A DNA stretch of 63,993 nucleotides, the filler included, from Lama guanicoe (taxonomy: Eukaryota), in the NCBI GenBank assembly GCA_013239625.1. It is 76 parts of 73 records of this genome, joined end to end, with 100 filler letters (N's around TTAATTAATTAA, not from the genome) between each part and the next. Parts side by side here need not be neighbours in the genome. Positions count along the whole stretch, not along the records: positions 51,846 to 52,330 come from PNXV01000783.1; positions 52,431 to 53,137 come from PNXV01000784.1; positions 53,238 to 53,770 come from PNXV01000785.1; positions 53,871 to 54,459 come from PNXV01000786.1; positions 54,560 to 55,627 come from MU053230.1; positions 55,728 to 56,504 come from PNXV01000792.1; positions 56,605 to 57,139 come from MU053232.1; positions 57,240 to 57,691 come from MU053232.1; 68 more parts are not named here. One strand, given 5' to 3'. The notes under the pieces were generated by a model. The model was not told the origin of the DNA. It did no database searches and worked only from the letters and a program-made list of their open reading frames with translations. A program made the translations under genes and the position numbers. Each line of letters opens with the position of its first letter. The stretch's first letter is position 1. This document shows, piece after piece, positions 51,746 through 63,993 of this stretch.

Positions 51746-53734
51746 NNNNNNNNNNNNNNNNNNNNNNNNNNNNNNNNNNNNNNNNNNNNTTAATTAATTA
51801 ANNNNNNNNNNNNNNNNNNNNNNNNNNNNNNNNNNNNNNNNNNNNCGACTATGCAATCATCACTAGTGGAATTTTTCTGACTCACCTTCCTTGCCTCTAA
51901 AATGGAGCCAAACACATCTCCTCTTGCTTATCTCTAATGTCTGCTGGGAGGCAGAGGAATGATATCATGTGAACAAGAAGGCTTGTAAATTTAGGACCTA
52001 CAGAAGCAGAGCGGCATTGCTGCTGTGGGTACCACTGCTGTTATCAGCAGCATCCCTTGATTAATCTTTGTTCACATCACCAGCAGCACAGGCCTCTACC
52101 CGGAACTACAAGTCAGTACTATTATTTAGTTAAAACTCACTTATGTACTTCCTACAGCACCTAACAGGGCCTGCTCCCAGTAAAGACTCTTATCAGCATT
52201 TGCTCCAGGTAATGTCAATCATTTATTCAGTCATTAATTCCACTAGGATTTTTTTTTTCTTCGGGACTAATTATGTGTCCATTGTTGCCCTGGGCATTAT
52301 GGAAAATCCTCAGCCTCAATCAGCCAGGTGNNNNNNNNNNNNNNNNNNNNNNNNNNNNNNNNNNNNNNNNNNNNTTAATTAATTAANNNNNNNNNNNNNN
52401 NNNNNNNNNNNNNNNNNNNNNNNNNNNNNNAAAAAAAATCAATTTTGTGCTGCATGTAAAAGACAAGGACATACCTGCTTCACACACTGGGGGTACAAGA
52501 AATGTTCTCAGTTGCTTCTCACACTTTGTTCACTAGCTCCTCTCACCTGTCTGTCTCTCCTTCATCAAAGCTAAAAAAGAGTGAGGTGGTCCATCTCTTC
52601 TTGGTCCAGCTAGTATGATGGTAATAAAACTGAAGCTGAAAGCAAAAGTAATTCATGATGTTTTTCAGTTAGCAGAGTCATGCTAGATCCACTGATTACA
52701 GCATGAATATGGGTGTATGGTTCATGGTGAGAGGAGATTAGAAAAAGTTATTTAATAGTCACATCTTAACACATGCCACCACTTTCTGTGGGCCGCCCTG
52801 CACTGGAAGGCCTTCATATCTCCACTTCTTGATACATTTCTCCCCCGTATAAGGTTGCCGAATTTGACTTAACTTTCCTTGGCAAACAAGAAAAATAGAA
52901 AATCCATGGCAGAAATGTAAACAAGGCTGTATACAACAAGTATATTTCAAGCATTTTTCTCTTGGCAAGGATCCTTGGGTATTTTTGCTAGTGATTTAAA
53001 ATTTTAAGATTTTAAATCTGTTCCTTAATATATATGTTTAAATGAATATATTTTATCATAATTAGAAAATGAAGATTAAAGATGAAAGTGAACAACCTAT
53101 TGTATTATCTGGAGATGCTCACTATTGGCATTTTGCTNNNNNNNNNNNNNNNNNNNNNNNNNNNNNNNNNNNNNNNNNNNNTTAATTAATTAANNNNNNN
53201 NNNNNNNNNNNNNNNNNNNNNNNNNNNNNNNNNNNNNTATATTTCTTAAATATATTTGATTAACTGCTGAAGTGAATATACATAGAAATACACTTGACAA
53301 GAAAAGTAACGATATATCTACCAAAAGAAAAAGACATAAAGCTTTCTGAAATGAGAGCACTACAAGAAAAGGAGAAAAACAGGACAACAGTATTCTTTTG
53401 AAAACTGAAAAGTGGAATGGATCTATTTAGCTGATCTGTTTTAACTGATTTAAACACCCAGTTAAGCAAAAAAAAAAAAAAAAAAAGGCAGCACAGGAGG
53501 AATAGAGAATAAATCAAATAATTTCCAGAAATGATTTTCCCCAAACCTCAAACCTCAGTAATTCCAGAAATAAAAGTAGGGGAAAAAAGAATAAAGAAAA
53601 TTATCAATGAAATAATTCAAGACAACTTTCCAATATTAAAAGTAAAAAGATACCAGAAAAAAAGGACCCACCTTGTGCCCTGTGCCTAGAACACTGATTA
53701 AATAGACCCTCTTATCAATCCAGAACACTAGCGG

Positions 53735-53770
<36 letters not shown>

Positions 53771-54031
53771 NNNNNNNNNNNNNNNNNNNNNNNNNNNNNN
53801 NNNNNNNNNNNNNNTTAATTAATTAANNNNNNNNNNNNNNNNNNNNNNNNNNNNNNNNNNNNNNNNNNNNCAATACTCTCACTCCAGGATACAACATCAT
53901 GTGAAAAAACACACACACATACATAAATAAATATTACTTTGGCATCTTGTACAAACAAACCAAAAAAAACCTCTCAATGTATAAATATACCTCAGGGGAA
54001 AAAGGTGAACAGTGAAATGTTCATTTTAAAA

Positions 54032-54325
54032 GTTTTTATTTTGAAATAATTCACATACAGTTGCAAAGATAGCACTGAGAAGTCCTGGGTGTGGATACAT
54101 CCCATAGAACCATGATACAGTATCAAACTAGGAAATCAGCATCAGCACAATGTGTGGCTAAAGCTTGGTGTCATTCTATCAATTCAGGTAACACTCCATT
54201 TCCCACGGTGCAGAATTATTTAATCACCACAGAGATTTCCTTTGTGTTATCCCTTTACAGTCTCACTCATCCCTAGTTCTCTTACAACTTTGTAGCCACT
54301 GGCAACCATTAATTTGTTCTCTATG
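54032..54325 (-). mobile_element. Old L1 3' UTR fragment
   Basis: tttattttgaaataattc..agttgcaaagatag and ctggcaaccattaatttgttctc. Confidence 0.6.
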
Positions 54326-54549
54326 GATACGGTCCCTAAAGTAAAACCACTCACAGTTCTCAATTCAGAATAGCAGGAAGCGGAAATCAAGATGGTCTTT
54401 GGAGCACTCTGTTAGGGTACAAGGTGGGTGCAGGGGAATCCAAATCAGACTTTGGGAGCNNNNNNNNNNNNNNNNNNNNNNNNNNNNNNNNNNNNNNNNN
54501 NNNTTAATTAATTAANNNNNNNNNNNNNNNNNNNNNNNNNNNNNNNNNN

Positions 54550-55627
54550 NNNNNNNNNNTATATATTTATGTAGTGGTGTTTGCATCTGAAAAGAAACAT
54601 TGTGTCCCTTCAAGCTAGGTGAAGGACGGTTTTCCACACACTTATCTCTCAGAACTGAGCATGTGGAGAGTCGTTCTTTCATCTGGAACAAAGGAACGGG
54701 TTGAGGAGAAACACTTACTCTGGTTTCTCAGTCTGTTTCCTAGCACCGGTTTGAAGTTCCTGCATTTTTCACTGTAAAACGAGATGGAGCTTGTTCCTCC
54801 CCATATATATGTGAGAAGTGGAGATAGCACCTGAAAAGTAACTTTGTGTTCTTTTCAAGCTAGGTGAAGGACGGCTTTCACACACACTTATCTCTCAGAA
54901 CTGAGNNNNNNNNNNNNNNNNNNNNNNNNNNNNNNNNNNNNNNNNNNNNNNNNNNNNNNNNNNNNNNNNNNNNNNNNNNNNNNNNNNNNNNNNNNNNNNN
55001 NNNNNNNNNNNNNNNNNNNNNNNNNNNNNNNNNNNNNNNNNNNCCCCTTATAAATTTATGTAGTAGGGTTTGCATCTGAAAGGAAACTTTGTGCTCCCAA
55101 CAAGCTAGGTGAAAGACGACTTTCACACCCAAGTAACTCTTAGAAATTAGCATGTGGAGAGTCGTTCTTTCATGTAGCAAAAAGTGAACGGATAGCAGGA
55201 GAAAAACATATTCTGGTTTTCAGTCTGTTTCCTAGTGACTGTTTGAAGTTCCTGCAGTTTTCACTGTAAAACCGAGTTGGAGATTGTACCTCCCATATCT
55301 ATGTATGTAGAGGGGTTTGTAGGTTAAAAGATACTGTGTGCTCACAGCAAACAAGTTGTAGGACGTCTATCACACATATTTTCTCTCAGAACTGAACATG
55401 TGTATAGACGTTCGTTCATCCAGCACAAAGGGACCGGGTTGCTGAGGAACATATTCTCTGTTTTCTCAGTCTGTTTCATACTGCCGGTATGAAGTTCCTG
55501 CAATTTTCACTGTAAAAACGAGTTGGAGCTCATAAGTCCACATATATGTATATGTACCGTGGTTTGATACTGAAAAGAAACTTTGTGTTCCCAACAAGCT
55601 AGGTGTAGAATGGCTTTCACACCCACT
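54550..55627 (-). repeat. Satellite family A, reverse orientation
   Basis: tttctcagtctgtttcctag and ttttcactgtaaaa repeated at ~248 bp. Confidence 0.93.
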
Positions 55628-55954
55628 NNNNNNNNNNNNNNNNNNNNNNNNNNNNNNNNNNNNNNNNNNNNTTAATTAATTAANNNNNNNNNNNNNNNNN
55701 NNNNNNNNNNNNNNNNNNNNNNNNNNNTTCTCTAAGCCAGTTAAGAGGGAATTTTGGAAGAACCCCGTAGTTCCTCAGAGCCCCATCATTAAGAGTTGGG
55801 AGGACACTGGAAAGGCTGGTTAGGAAAGTAAAAGTGCCTGAAGCACTGAAATTTGGAACAACCTCTTTTTTGATGTCCAGGCTCTTTGCTATAATAGCAG
55901 GGTTTTGGTTTCATTTAAGTTCATTTATTCATAAAGAATAAATAAAGAATTTTA

Positions 55955-56043
55955 TGGGGAGGGCTATGTGTGAACTCTCTGTATTTTCTGCTCAATTCTG
56001 CTGTGAACCTGAAACAGCTCTTAAAAAATAAAGTCTATTAATA
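55955..56043 (+). mobile_element. Old L1 3' terminus
   Basis: gaactctctgtattttctgctcaatt.tgctgtgaacct.aaac.gctct.aaaaataaagtctatt. Confidence 0.75.
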
Positions 56044-56044
56044 C

Positions 56045-56103
<59 letters not shown>

Positions 56104-56504
56104 GAAGAGAAAGGAAGAGAGAAGGAAGGAAGGAAGTAGGAAAGAAAGAGAAAGAAAGGAAGGAAGGAAGAAAGAAAGAGAGAAAGAAAGAGAAAGGAAG
56201 AGAGAAAGGAAGAGAGGAAGGAAGAAGGAAAGAAAGAGAAACAAAAGGAAAGAGAAAGAAAGAAAAGAGAAAGGAAGGAAGGAAGAAAAGAAAGAAAGAA
56301 AGAAAGAGGAAGAGAGGAAGGAAGGAAGAGAAAAAGAAAGAGAGAAAGAAAAAAAGGAAGAGAGGAAGGAAGGAAGAAGGAAAGAAAGAAAGAGAAAGAA
56401 AAGGAAAGAGAGAAAGAAAAGAGAAAGGAAGAAAGAGAAAGAAAGAGAAAGAAAGAGAAAGAGAGAAAGAAAGAAAAAGAAAGAAAGAAAGAAAAAGAAA
56501 GAAA
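56044..56504 (+). repeat. (GAAA)n/(GGAA)n polypurine microsatellite, expanded from the L1 tail
   Basis: Directly visible. Confidence 0.95.
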
Positions 56505-57239
56505 NNNNNNNNNNNNNNNNNNNNNNNNNNNNNNNNNNNNNNNNNNNNTTAATTAATTAANNNNNNNNNNNNNNNNNNNNNNNNNNNNNNNNNNNNNNNN
56601 NNNNAATGGGGCAAATAGCACCTTGTGGATTTTTTTTTATTACATAAATAATGATCCACTTCCTACCACCGGCAATTATGATAAGACTGACTATAAGTTC
56701 TTACAACAAATAGTGTAGAAATCATAATTTCTACTTGATTCAAACCACTTCTTCCTTAAAATTTGAATCTTTTTTCTTCAGACGGATTTGTGCCATTTGA
56801 CCTAGTGATAAAATTTTCAACTTGCTTTTATTAAAAATATTCACCATAGTGTGAGTTTATTATATCAACTATTCCTTTATGGGAAACCCTTGTGCCTTGT
56901 CACTCTCTTTCATAATATTTCTTGTGGAAATTTCCATCCTTCATTCAGGAAATTTCTGAGCAATATTTCTCATGGAAATCCGTCCTAAACTGCAACCCAA
57001 GAAAATGAAATTGACACTGAGCAGCCCGTGAAGCCGGCAGACACATGCAGTGCACTGTTGTGTTCCCGCCTCGAATTTCTGTAACCAGCAGGGAAATTTG
57101 TATCTCAAGAAATAGACATAAACAATTTTCAGGACCTGANNNNNNNNNNNNNNNNNNNNNNNNNNNNNNNNNNNNNNNNNNNNTTAATTAATTAANNNNN
57201 NNNNNNNNNNNNNNNNNNNNNNNNNNNNNNNNNNNNNNN

Positions 57240-57603
57240 AAGGGAACGGGTTGCAGGGGAATCCCTTACTCTGGTTTCTCAGTCTGTTTCCTAGTGCCGG
57301 TTTGAAGTGCCTGCCGTTTTCACTGTAAAACCGAGTTGGAGCTTGTACCTCCCCATATATATGTATGGAGTGGAGTTTGCAACTGAAANNNNNNNNNNNN
57401 NNNNNNNNNNNNNNNNNNNNNNNNNNNNNNNNNNNNNNNNNNNNNNNNNNNNNNNNNNNNNNNNNNNNNNNNNNNNNGGGAAGGGTTTGCAGGAAAACCC
57501 CTTATTCGGGTTTCCCATTTGGTTTCTAGTGCCGGTTTGAAGTGCCTGCGGTTTGCACTATAAAACCGAGTTGGAGGTTGTTCCTCCCCATATATATGTA
57601 TGG
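57240..57603 (-). repeat. Satellite family A, reverse orientation, ending in non-satellite sequence
   Basis: ctagtgccggtttgaagt repeated. Confidence 0.9.
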
Positions 57604-57791
57604 ACCATATGCCGACACAAAAAAAGAGATTGTAGTAAAGTAAAAGTGGCTGAAATCAATGTCCGGAAAACCTAGCTAAGTTTCCTAAATGNNNNNNNNN
57701 NNNNNNNNNNNNNNNNNNNNNNNNNNNNNNNNNNNTTAATTAATTAANNNNNNNNNNNNNNNNNNNNNNNNNNNNNNNNNNNNNNNNNNNN

Positions 57792-58614
57792 TAGAATATA
57801 GAATAGAGAATATAGAAAACAGAATTTAGAATATGGAATGTTGAACACAGAATTTAGAATATAGAATACAGAATACCAAATACAGAATATTGAATAAAGA
57901 ATGTAGAACACAGAATTAGGAATGTAGAATATAGAATATTAAATATAGAATTTAGAATATAGAATGTAGAACACAGTATATATAAAATAGAATAGAGAAT
58001 ATAGAAACCAGAATTTAGAACATGAAATGCAGAACAATGAATTTAGAATATAGAATACAGAATACTGAAAATAGAATTTAGAGTATAGAATATAGAACAC
58101 AGAATATAGAATATAGACTACGGAATGCAGTATATAAAATATAGAATATAGAATGTTGAACACAAAATATAGAATAGAGAATAGAGAATATAGAACCCAG
58201 AATTTAGGACTTGGAATGTAGAACACAGAATTTAGAATATAGAATACCGAAAACTGAATATAGAATATTAATATACAATGTAGAACACAGAATATAGAAT
58301 ATAGAATACGGAATGCAGAATATAGAATACACAATATAGAATGTAGGACACAGAATATAGAATATTGAAAACAGAATACAAAACCCAGAATTGAGAACAT
58401 GGAATGCAGAACACAGACTATACTATATACAGGCTATAGAATTTAGAATATATAATGCAGAACACAGAATTTAGAATATAAAATGCAGAATACTGAATAA
58501 AGGATTTATAAACAGGAATGCAGAGCACAGCATTTAGAATATATAATACAGAACTGAATATAGATTTTAGAATATAGAATATAACACAGAATATAGAATA
58601 TAGAATACGGAATG
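57792..58614 (-). repeat. Heptamer satellite D
   Basis: Heptamer iteration. Confidence 0.95.
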
Positions 58615-59586
58615 NNNNNNNNNNNNNNNNNNNNNNNNNNNNNNNNNNNNNNNNNNNNTTAATTAATTAANNNNNNNNNNNNNNNNNNNNNNNNNNNNNN
58701 NNNNNNNNNNNNNNTTGCACCTTCTTACAGTCTTAATTTACCTATTTGTAATAGAAGGTTTAAGCAAAGTTATTTTATTTTAATTCTTTTGCTTAATGCT
58801 TCAGAATAGCAAAATGTCCATTACGTCTGTCTTCCTCAAAAAATTATTCTGCTTATATCTTAGTTTTATTCTGTTATGTCACTGTGAACATTTCAGACTT
58901 GTTGTGCAAACAATGGAAAACTTGGACTTTTCTTCCAGTGTTAGAAACCAGTGAGCTGGGATTTTATAAAACAGCTAGAAAGAAGCGGCCTCTGGAGCAC
59001 CTTAAAGCTGAGAAGTGTATTGAGTTCCCTGAGTATTGACCCTGCCGCTGTGCGTTAATTGGTCGTAGGAGATTTGGTACATATACGAAGGTGTGTAGTT
59101 TTTTGGCTTGGGTTTGCGTGCATGCACTGCCACTGAGCCATGTGAGCCTGAGTCAGTTCGCTTGAGATTTTCCCTCTTCTGTGAGACGGGGACATTCATA
59201 TCTGCTTTGTAGAATTGTGAGAATTANNNNNNNNNNNNNNNNNNNNNNNNNNNNNNNNNNNNNNNNNNNNTTAATTAATTAANNNNNNNNNNNNNNNNNN
59301 NNNNNNNNNNNNNNNNNNNNNNNNNNCAAAGTACGCTCCGTTCTTTCCTGGTTTCTAGGACCAGGAAGAGCAGTAGTACTTTTCTCTATCTAAAAAGGAA
59401 TGTGGAGGAGTAGGAGGAGGTGGAGGAGGNNNNNNNNNNNNNNNNNNNNNNNNNNNNNNNNNNNNNNNNNNNNNNNNNNNNNNNNNNNNNNNNNNNNNNN
59501 NNNNNNNNNNNNNNNNNNNNNNNNNNNNNNNNNNNNNNNNNNNNNNNNNNNNNNNNNNNNNNNNNNNNNNNNNNNNNNNNNNNNNN

Positions 59587-59707
59587 GCTTCGGAAATGGT
59601 TCCTTTAATGCTTGGCGCCCCAGACATGACATTTCTCCGTATGAACAACATGAGCTTCTGGCTGCTACCCCCCCCATTCCTACTACTTCGAGCATCATCC
59701 ATAGTTT
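59587..59707 (+). pseudogene. COX1: NUMT: mitochondrial COI fragment, copy 1
   Basis: [32 protein letters not shown] with indels; upstream GGA repeat across a gap. Confidence 0.92.
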
Positions 59708-59812
59708 AGTTGNNNNNNNNNNNNNNNNNNNNNNNNNNNNNNNNNNNNNNNNNNNNTTAATTAATTAANNNNNNNNNNNNNNNNNNNNNNNNNNNNNNNN
59801 NNNNNNNNNNNN

Positions 59813-60877
<1,065 letters not shown>

Positions 60878-61522
60878 NNNNNNNNNNNNNNNNNNNNNNN
60901 NNNNNNNNNNNNNNNNNNNNNTTAATTAATTAANNNNNNNNNNNNNNNNNNNNNNNNNNNNNNNNNNNNNNNNNNNNCTTATTTTTTAAATAGAGTTAAG
61001 AGTTAAACGGGAGACTAAGTTACCATATAAGAAAATAAGAAATATTTGATATGATCTTTTGATGGAACAATATGGGAGTAAATTTAAGTAATTTCTCGTA
61101 AGTAAGAAGAGAAAATGGAAGAATTTGGAAAATGTCTAAAACATGGAGAGAGGGAAAAATACTAAGTGGTTTCTGGTTCATCCTGGAAAGTATTAAAACT
61201 GTTAAGTTAGGATAGTTTGGAACAGGAGATAAATGCAGGAACCGGCCCTGGAATCTTGGTATCTATTATGTCATCCCTGGAATCATAAAGGTCACATGAT
61301 GTAGTCCCAGATAGCATATTCAGCATGTGGTAGAATTTAAGAAGTAATTTTATCTATGATTTGTGCTCTTCAAAAAGCATTCTAATTGGTGCTTTCATTT
61401 CCTGTCCTCAAGAGTCTATGCTNNNNNNNNNNNNNNNNNNNNNNNNNNNNNNNNNNNNNNNNNNNNTTAATTAATTAANNNNNNNNNNNNNNNNNNNNNN
61501 NNNNNNNNNNNNNNNNNNNNNN

Positions 61523-62362
61523 TTAGAATGTAGAACACAGAATATAGAATATGGAATACGGAATGCCGAATATTATATTTGGAATAAAGAATGAAGAAAA
61601 CAAAATATAGAATATATAAAAGAGAATATAGAATACTGAATTTAGAAATGGAATGCTGAACTCAGAATTTAGAATATAGAATACAGAATACTGAATGTAG
61701 AATTTTGAATATAGAATGTAGAACACAAAATTCGGAATATAGAATAAAGAATACTGAATATAGAATTTAGAATACAGAAAATATAAACAGAATTTAGAAT
61801 ATAGAAAATGAATGCAGAATATAGAATGTAGAATATAGAGTGAAGAACTCAATGTATTGAATATCTAAAAGAGAATATAGAACCTAGAATTTAGTAATGG
61901 AATGCATAACACAGAATTTAGAATATAGAATACAGAATACTGAGTATAGTATTTAGAAAATAGAATGCAGAACACAGAATATAGTATATAGAATACAGAA
62001 TACTGAATATAGGATTTAGAACATGGAATGCAGAACACAGAATTTAGAATATAGAATAAAGTACACTGAATATAGAATTTAGGATATAGAATGTAGAAAA
62101 CAGAATATAGAACACAGAATAGAGAATATAGAATCCAGAATCAAGAACATGGAATGCAGAACACAGAATATAGAATGTAGTATACAGAATACTGAATATA
62201 GAATTTAGAACATAGAATGCAGAACACAGAATGTAATATATAGAATACAGAATACTGAATATAAGAATAAAGAGAATATAGAATTCAGCATATAGAATGC
62301 AGAAAAAGAATTTAGAATATAGAATCCAGAATTTAGAACATGATATGCAGAACACTAAATTT
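61523..62362 (-). repeat. Heptamer satellite D
   Basis: Heptamer iteration. Confidence 0.95.
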
Positions 62363-62462
62363 NNNNNNNNNNNNNNNNNNNNNNNNNNNNNNNNNNNNNN
62401 NNNNNNTTAATTAATTAANNNNNNNNNNNNNNNNNNNNNNNNNNNNNNNNNNNNNNNNNNNN

Positions 62463-63433
62463 AAATTCTATATTCAGTATTCTGTATTCTACATTCTAAA
62501 TTCTGTGATCTACATAGTATATTCATATTGTATATTTAGTATTCGGTATTCTATATTCTAATCTCTCTGTTCTCCATTCCATGTTCTAAATTGTGTGTTC
62601 TATATTCTGTATTCTCTATTCTATATTCTGTGTTCTACATTCTATATTCTAAATTCTACAATCAGTATTCTACATTCTATATTCTAAATTCTGTGTTCTA
62701 CATTCTATATTCTTTAATGTACATTCCGTATTCTATATTCTATATTCTGAGTTCTGCATTGTATATTCTAAGTTCGATACTCAGTATTCTGTATTCTATA
62801 TTCTAAATTCTGTGTTCTAATTTCCATGTTCTAAATTCTGGGTTCTATACTCTCTATTCTATTTTCTATATTCTGTGTTCAACATTCGATATTCTAAATA
62901 CTATATTCAGCATTCTGTGTTCTATAATCTAAATTCTGTGTTCTACATTCTTTATTCTAAATTCTATATTCAGTACTATGTATTCTATATTCTTAACTCT
63001 GTGTTCTGCATTCCATATTCTAAGTTCTCGGTTCTGTATTCTGTTTTCCATATTCTATATTCTGTGTTCTACATTCTATATTCTGTATTTTATATTTTGT
63101 ATTCCGTATTCCTCATACTATATTTTGTGTCCTAAATTGCATAATCTAAATTCTATGTTCATATTCCGTATTCTATATTCTATACTCTGTGTTCTACATT
63201 CTATATTCTAAATTCTATATTCAGTATTCTGTATTCTATATTCTAAATTCTGTGTTATGCATTCTATGTTCTAAATTCTATATTCAGTATTCTGTAGTTT
63301 ATATTCCAAATTCTGTGTTCTGCATTCCAAGTTCTAAATTCTGGTTTCTATTTTCTGTTTTCAATATCCTAAATTCTGTGTTCTAAATTCCATATTGTGT
63401 ATTCAATATTCTGCATTCCGTATTCTACATTCC
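62463..63433 (+). repeat. Heptamer satellite D
   Basis: Heptamer iteration. Confidence 0.95.
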
Positions 63434-63533
63434 NNNNNNNNNNNNNNNNNNNNNNNNNNNNNNNNNNNNNNNNNNNNTTAATTAATTAANNNNNNNNNNN
63501 NNNNNNNNNNNNNNNNNNNNNNNNNNNNNNNNN

Positions 63534-63993
63534 TTACTATAATATAAGCCTATAATCTCTTTAAAATCATTTAAATTATTAACATTTTTCTCTGTGCTGT
63601 AAATATAGCCCTGTTGCTTCTCAAATTTATAACTAGTAGCTTGCATATTTCTGTCTTCCACATCCATCTTCCCTATCCCCAATGGAAACCACTACTTGGT
63701 ACACTACACATATATATGTGATTCTGTTTCTGTTTTTTTATGATTATTTCTCTTATATCTTTAGTTTCCTCATGTAAGTGATAACACAGTGTGTTTTTCT
63801 CTGTATGACTTATTTTCCTATGTGCAACATTATCTGGGTCCAGTCACATAGTTCCAAATGGCAGAATTTTATTATTTGATATGACAATGAGTAGGTAATT
63901 ATTATGTGATTTATATCTCACATCTACTTCAGCCAATCATCTGATGATGGGCACTTGATTTGTGCTTCTATCCTTCACTATTATAAATGATGA
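63534..63993 (-). mobile_element. LINE-1 3' region
   Basis: tgtgctgtaaatatag, tgacttatttt, caaatggcagaatttta and ccaatcatctg.tgatgggcactt. Confidence 0.8.

Overview
This window is not a contiguous locus and not prokaryotic. It is a concatenation of several dozen short (about 0.4-1.5 kb) unplaced mammalian scaffolds joined by an artificial 100-bp spacer (44 N + TTAATTAATTAA + 44 N), so adjacency across spacers has no biological meaning. The COI NUMT sequence and a camelid-type SINE suggest a camelid, probably South American (inference, not confirmed by search). Most sequence is satellite DNA: three apparently related ~249-267 bp families and an AGAATAT-heptamer satellite with 63/126/189-bp higher-order units. 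The rest is mainly LINE-1, MIR, MaLR and ERV fragments. Recognisable gene-derived sequence comprises an intronless PTMA retrocopy with an open ORF, a disrupted HSFY exon 1, two copies of a mitochondrial COI fragment embedded in a GGA/GGT-rich repeat and sharing a derived mutation, a multi-exon multicopy gene fragment, and a duplicated CpG-island promoter with first exon. I found no convincing novel protein-coding system. The best leads are the co-amplified NUMT-minisatellite unit and the satellite architecture.
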